NCBI GenBank assembly: GCA_963790475.1
Contig: CAWBOS010000013.1
Coordinates: 1 to 64,000 of the forward strand
Length of the DNA: 64,000 nucleotides
Source of the DNA: an uncultured delta proteobacterium
Lineage (GTDB): Bacteria; Desulfobacterota; RBG-13-43-22
Direction: 5' to 3'
Both the position numbers and the translations under genes were made by a program. Of the stretch, positions 58,660-64,000 are shown one piece after another. The notes under the pieces were generated by a model, which was given only the letters and a program-made list of their open reading frames with translations, was not told where the DNA came from and did no database searches. The stretch's first letter is position 1. Each line of letters begins with the position of its first letter.

Positions 58660-60396
58660 ATGAGCATAGAGGATCTTCGGAAACCGAGTCATTCAACCAT
58701 AGCCTTAGAAAATCCGGCAGGGAAGGCGACGCAGGAGTGGGTCCTTCTGAACCCAGCTGGTACCGTGGCCATCAGGAAAGCGAAACCGGCTCGGCGTCCA
58801 GATACCCTGAGAGGCAAAAGGGTGGTACTTCGCTGGAATCTCAAGCACAACGGGAATCACTATCTTGATCGGATCGCCGAACTGTTGCCGGAGAAAGTGG
58901 CCGGCGCAACCATCATCAAGCTTTATGAAATCGACGAGTCGACAAACAAAGTGAGCGGATCCCACCAGGAATCGGAGAGGATTGCCCGGATTATCGCCGA
59001 AACAAAGGCCGATCTCGTCATCGGTGCCCAGGGGGATTGAGGCTCCTGCACCTCCTGGCTGGTAGTTGACCAGTCCGAAGTAGAGAAGTTAGGCATACCG
59101 ACCGTAACGATTGTCACCAGTGCCTTTATGCCGCTGGCCAGGGCCACAATGGAGAGCATCGGCCTTGCCGATATGGCTTTTGTCGAGGTGTCCCATCCCA
59201 TGGGTATGGTCCCGCTGCCGGAAATTCAGACCAAGGCCGAGCAATCCATTGACCCTATCGTCAGGATGGCCACAGAGTGGGAACCGTCGCCAGCCGCTGG
59301 CAGGGATAAAGGCGACGGGGCTTATCCGGCAGAAAGGATCACCGTCAGAGGGGATTATAAAAATGTCAACGCCCTTTTCTACGAAAGGGGTTGGTCCCTG
59401 GGGCTACCCATCATTCCGCCGACGGCCAGGGCTGTTGAGACGATGCTGAAAGGCACCTCCTGCCAACCTAAAGAAGTGGTCTGGATCGTTCCACCACGCA
59501 TGGGGCAATTGACCATAGAGCTCGTAGCCGCTTTGGGGGTAATGGCCGGATGCCAGCCGGAACACATGCCTCTGTTGCTGGCCATCGTGAAAACCCTGAG
59601 CCACCCCGATTACGACTGGCTGGGAAGCACAACCACGACCGGCGCGAGCGCTCCGGTGATCATCGTCAACGGCCCGATCCTCGAAGAATTGGGCATCGCC
59701 TATGCAACAGGAGTCCTCGGCGGCCAGCAGGCGGTAAACATCGCCCTCGGGTACTTCGTCAACCTCGTCGGTGATATCGTAGGAGGTTCCGTCCCACCGG
59801 ATGTGGACAAGAGCACCCACGGCAGCCGCGGGGATCTCGTCGCCCTCGTCTTCGGTGAAAACGAAAAGACGAATCCCTGGAAGCAGTCGTACGCTGTGGA
59901 GCAGGGTTTCAAGCCCTCGGATAACGTGGTTACCGCCTTTTCCGCTTATCCGGGAACGAACAATACGGATCATTCCAGTACGAGCGGTCAGGAATTGCTG
60001 AACACCATTTCCATAGGAGCGGCCGCTGTGGCCTGCGGCATAACGAGTTGTCTCACCCGTTACGACCAGCCCTTTTCCGCTGACAATCTGGTGAAATACG
60101 TCTTTCTCTTCCTCGGTCCCGAACACGCCGAGACGGTCGCCCGTGACTTCTCCACCAAACAGGCTGTAAAGGAATACGTGATCAAAAAAGCGGCTCTGCC
60201 GCTCTGGGCCTACGCTCCTCATCTCTGCAATCCACCGGAGGAGTTCGGCCCTTACACGGTGGACACCCCAATTCCCCGGTTCAGGCAACCTGAATCGATT
60301 CATATCGTGGTCACCGGAGGGCCTGGAAAGCAATCTCAGATATGGGCGCCATTTCCCACATGCCTGCACCCCGTATCTGTTCTGATCGAGAAATAG
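58660..60396 (+). CDS. UGSC-family selenoprotein (Sec at TGA 59038-59040), ~578 aa
   Basis: The two ORF-track ORFs are in frame with no other stop; reads AQGD-U-GSCTSW; SECIS-like hairpin at 59057-59075. Confidence 0.85.
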
Positions 60397-60701
60397 CATT
60401 ATGCGGCGTATACTCGCTCCTGCCAAAAAAGTATGGCAAAAAGATTATTCTCGCCGGAGGAGTGTAAAATGAAAAGTAGCGACGGTATTTACCCTGTAGA
60501 GGATTCTGACCGACCAGATCGTCACATCTTTAACCCATGAGCCGATAGAGGCCGAACTGCCCAAGTAGTAAACAGCTTTCCCCGAACTCACTCTGAAGAT
60601 CGTAAGCCCTCAATTTTGACCTCATCCATTCATTTCGACACCTCAGAGGTAGTTCGTTTGCGTTCGCCTCTCTGATCCTTATCCATAGATTCGAAAATCA
60701 T

Positions 60702-61922
60702 CTATCTCACCGGGGCCTCAAGTATTTTGCCGAACAGGATCCAGCGCTGACCGTTAAATTTACCAAACTGTTCCTGCTCAATGGGGAAAAAGTTAGTCGG
60801 GCTGGTGTTGATTTTTATCCCCGGTAATAACATGGGCAGCGACAGGTTCTTAAGGTTGGCCGCCTGTCTCATGACATTTTCCCTGGTCAGGTTGTCGCCG
60901 CATTGTTTGAGGACCTGAACCATAGTCTGGGCCGCGGAATACCCATAGACATTAAAAATATCGTGAATGTTTCCCTCGGGATAGTATTTCTTCATCCAGG
61001 CCAGCCATTCGAGAGTCGCCGGGTCATTTTTCCATTCGGGGTCATCGGGATCTTTCAGATAGAAAAGGGATAGGAGGTCTTTGGAGGCCTCCAGCCCGGC
61101 CGGTTTTAGTACGGCACCTACGGAGTTGGAAATCTGGTTGACGAACTGGACCGGCTTCCAGCCGATTTCATAGGCCTGGCGGATAGCCTGGGCAGCAAAC
61201 TTGGGGCCGGCAATATTGACAAAGACATTGGCCCCGCTGTTTTTTAAATTGACGATTTGTGAATTCACTGTTGGATCGGAGACTTCATAAGTCTGTTCGG
61301 CGACAATTAAACTTTTTGCCTTGCTGCCCAGGCCGTCCAACAAGCCTTTCCGCACATCCTTCCCGTAATCGTCGTTCTGGTATAAAACTCCTATCTTGGC
61401 CTGGGGCAGATGTTCGAGGATATACTTGGCGTAGATGCGCCCTTCACTCTGGTAGTTGGGCTGCCAGCCCATGGTCCAGGGGTGTCCCTTGGGGTCCCCC
61501 CAATTGGTGGCCCCACCGGCTGCGAACAGTTGGGGCACCTTTTTATTATTGCAATAAGCCCAGATGGCCATGTTGGTGGGTGTACCTAAGGTATTAAATA
61601 ACAGCAGGACCTGGTCTTGCTCCACCAACCGGCGCACCTGCTCCACCGTTTTGGGAGGGTTGAGGGAGTCATCATGGCTGAGAAAAACGATTTTCCGCCC
61701 GTTTATTCCGCCCTGGTCATTGATCATTTTGAAGTATGCGGCTTCCACCTTTCCGATGGTCCCATAGGCCGAGGCCGGGCCGCTGTATGGCATGGTATTG
61801 CCGATTTTAATTTCGGTGTCGCCTGCCCCGGGGCCGTATTGGCCTTTCCCGAAGGCTTGGCCGTTAATCAAGAAAAGACCGCAAACAAGACAAAAAAAAC
61901 TAATAATCCGTTTACTTGGCAT
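60702..61922 (-). CDS. ABC transporter substrate-binding protein (branched-chain amino acid/LivK-like)
   Basis: Signal peptide, EIKIG.TMPYSGPASAYG, GGINGRKI and YQNDDYG. Confidence 0.92.
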   Translation of the reverse strand: MPSKRIISFFCLVCGLFLINGQAFGKGQYGPGAGDTEIKIGNTMPYSGPASAYGTIGKVEAAYFKMINDQGGINGRKIVFLSHDDSLNPPKTVEQVRRLVEQDQVLLLFNTLGTPTNMAIWAYCNNKKVPQLFAAGGATNWGDPKGHPWTMGWQPNYQSEGRIYAKYILEHLPQAKIGVLYQNDDYGKDVRKGLLDGLGSKAKSLIVAEQTYEVSDPTVNSQIVNLKNSGANVFVNIAGPKFAAQAIRQAYEIGWKPVQFVNQISNSVGAVLKPAGLEASKDLLSLFYLKDPDDPEWKNDPATLEWLAWMKKYYPEGNIHDIFNVYGYSAAQTMVQVLKQCGDNLTRENVMRQAANLKNLSLPMLLPGIKINTSPTNFFPIEQEQFGKFNGQRWILFGKILEAPVR

Positions 61923-62085
61923 GGTTTTCCTCCTCCTTTTTGGATATGGTTTAATAACTCTCTACCTGTTACGCATCAGGGATAGAACCCAAAAAATGTG
62001 TGAACGGTTTAAAAAGCACAAGAGACTTATAATGGTGTTCCAAATTAAGGAACGACCATTATCCGGATATCTTTCCAGATGGGTA

Positions 62086-63525
62086 TTATTTAAGCATGGC
62101 AGTGACGGTCCTCATGTCCTGTACTGTTTCCAACCCTTTTATGGATTGGATGATCTTCTTGATTTGTCCCGCTGATCGCGAATGCGCGGCGCAATCCCTG
62201 AACTTGCCGGCAACATCTTCAAAACTCATCGGGTTGCTTGGATGGCCTCGGGCCAAGTCGATTTGTTTGGTAAAGACCCCACCGGATCTCAATCGAATAC
62301 TGACTTTGCCTGGAGGGAAAAATAATTTCGGGTCACCATAAGTGATGTCTTCCGTGACCACTTTTTCAACTGTTTGTAAAGAGAGGGGATCAGATAGCCC
62401 GGCCGGTGTAAAGTTGCGGAGGTTCAGCTCTCCCGTCGCCACAGCCGCGGCCAGGCAAAAAGGCAGGCTGATGCGGGCTTCTGTCCCCGAAACCGGCTTC
62501 TGGCCGCCTTGGCCAATAAATCTCTTTTGTGTTTCCGTAAGGAAGAGGGTGATCTGATCAACGTCTTCCGGAACGATATGATTTTTATGGACAAGATCGA
62601 GGGCCGCTTGCAAATGAGCATGTATCGCTCTGTTCGCTGACCATGGTTTCAGGCTTACATTGATACCTTCAAACCTCTTACCCAGATCCGCGATCAGATA
62701 TTCCCGGTCGTATTTTCCTTGAAAATACAGATTGAAAAGGCCCGCTGGACCTTCAAAACAGGTTTTTATTCCGGTAACACCCCGCTCGGCCATTAAGGCC
62801 GAAACGACGCCGTTCCAGCCAATAAACCCACCATAGTATTCTCTAATCTTGGTGTCTCCCGGGCTTAGAAATACTTCAAAAGTGCCGGCCGCGCCCTGAT
62901 GAAACGCTATTCCGAGGCAATCCACAACCTGGTCCGTACTGAGTTGCAGTATTCTTCCGGCCGACGCCGCAGCGCCAAAAATCCCCAGTACGGGCGCCGG
63001 GCGAAATCCCAATACCAATCCCTCCTGCTTCTTTTTTATGGCTGCGCCCAACCGGCCTATGAGATCATTGCCCAAGGCTACGGCCGTTATAAATTCCACC
63101 CCGGAAACGCCTCCAACTTTCTCAGCCAGAGCCAGTGCCGTTGGAACAGAGCACAAACTTGGATGTACTGCAGTCTCATCGACCACATCATCGAAGTCCA
63201 GGGCATGGGCCAGCAGGGCATTGGCAAAGGCAGCCGACCATGCGGGAAGCTTCTTGTTCCGCCCTATAACCGTGGCCTCTTTTGCGCCCCCCGCATCAAT
63301 GAACAGGTCAATAGTGCTTTTGCCATCGGCCGATAATTCATCGGCGGCAAAAATACACCCGAATATATCCAGGACGCATTTTTTCGTGACCTCGACCACA
63401 TCCGGCGGGATATCCCCGGCCTTTAAATTTACAACATTTTCAGCAAAGGCATAACTGGCATCCATCTCATCCCTCGTCAAGCCGCCTATTCGAGGTGCTT
63501 TTTCCTTGGACTTAGGCTCCTTCAT
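62086..63525 (-). CDS. MmgE/PrpD family protein
   Basis: AAFANA..AHALDFDD...VHP, FEG..G and RGHPSNPM; start chosen by overlap with the upstream gene. Confidence 0.88.
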   Translation of the reverse strand: MKEPKSKEKAPRIGGLTRDEMDASYAFAENVVNLKAGDIPPDVVEVTKKCVLDIFGCIFAADELSADGKSTIDLFIDAGGAKEATVIGRNKKLPAWSAAFANALLAHALDFDDVVDETAVHPSLCSVPTALALAEKVGGVSGVEFITAVALGNDLIGRLGAAIKKKQEGLVLGFRPAPVLGIFGAAASAGRILQLSTDQVVDCLGIAFHQGAAGTFEVFLSPGDTKIREYYGGFIGWNGVVSALMAERGVTGIKTCFEGPAGLFNLYFQGKYDREYLIADLGKRFEGINVSLKPWSANRAIHAHLQAALDLVHKNHIVPEDVDQITLFLTETQKRFIGQGGQKPVSGTEARISLPFCLAAAVATGELNLRNFTPAGLSDPLSLQTVEKVVTEDITYGDPKLFFPPGKVSIRLRSGGVFTKQIDLARGHPSNPMSFEDVAGKFRDCAAHSRSAGQIKKIIQSIKGLETVQDMRTVTAMLK

Positions 63526-64000
63526 CGATGAGCAATTGGACCAATTCATCGCTCGAAAGATCCAGAATCTCAGTAGACACGAATTCCGTGTGCTCACCCA
63601 GGCAGGGTGCGGGCATACGGCCTTGGGCCGGCGTCTCCGACAGGATAGCCGGCTCACCTAAATGCAGGCACTCACCTATCTCTGGATGATCCATGATCCA
63701 GAACTGATTGCGCTCTTTCAAATGCGGGTCTTCACATACATCCTTGGCGCTCTGGACCACACCAGCCTGAATTCCCGCTGCCTGCAGCAAATTCATAATA
63801 CGTTCAGGCGTCTGCTTTTTCGTCCACTGCCCGACCACAGCATTAAGTTCCTCTTCATTTCTTTTACGGTTTAGAAACGTATCAAACTTGGGGTTGTCAG
63901 CCAGAACAGGATTTCCCATAAGGGCGCAGAGAGACTTCCATTCGGCATCGGAGAAGACCGCTATGGCGCACCATCGATTACTCAGACAAGGATAAACGCC
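63512..64000 (-). CDS. CoA-transferase family III (CaiB/BaiF), C-terminal part, cut by the window edge
   Basis: L..AGI.AG.V...DPHL..R, LSETP and APCLGEHT. Confidence 0.85.
   Translation of the reverse strand, partial: GVYPCLSNRWCAIAVFSDAEWKSLCALMGNPVLADNPKFDTFLNRKRNEEELNAVVGQWTKKQTPERIMNLLQAAGIQAGVVQSAKDVCEDPHLKERNQFWIMDHPEIGECLHLGEPAILSETPAQGRMPAPCLGEHTEFVSTEILDLSSDELVQLLIDEGA

Noticed and set aside
59404-60426. Long antisense ORFs (also 11098-11868, 15937-16758, 22448-23149, 34046-34759)
   Set aside because: Shadows of well-supported genes on the opposite strand, with no recognisable motifs.

Overview
This 64-kb window looks like a deltaproteobacterial (Desulfobacterota/Syntrophales-like) chromosome; the taxonomy is inferred from gene content only. 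Core regions are about 1-10 kb (ilvE, ruvCAB, yebC, rlmE, radC) and 24-35.8 kb (aroF, tctCBA, ybaB-recR, ilvBN, porCDAB-type operon). They flank a 10-23.6 kb stretch of accessory catabolic genes, several pseudogenes and REP-like repeats. A tRNA-Asn(GTT) at 35996-36071 starts a ~17.5-kb layered island ending at a perfect 21-bp tRNA 3' duplication (53587-53607). The island holds repeated 'tRNA 3' end + structured leader + GIY-YIG' modules, two IS1634 copies, an inovirus-like remnant, a two-tyrosine-recombinase element, IS1182, a group II intron next to an attI-like site, one integron cassette with no visible intI, an ABC-ATPase/DUF4276-like pair and a Fic gene. Downstream lie an AT-rich HNH gene pair, a ferredoxin-adenylate cyclase, a UGA-readthrough UGSC selenoprotein, and ABC-binding, PrpD and CoA-transferase genes. 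A shared promoter-leader motif (a candidate new regulatory RNA) occurs at two, possibly three, loci. All calls are by eye; no searches were run.
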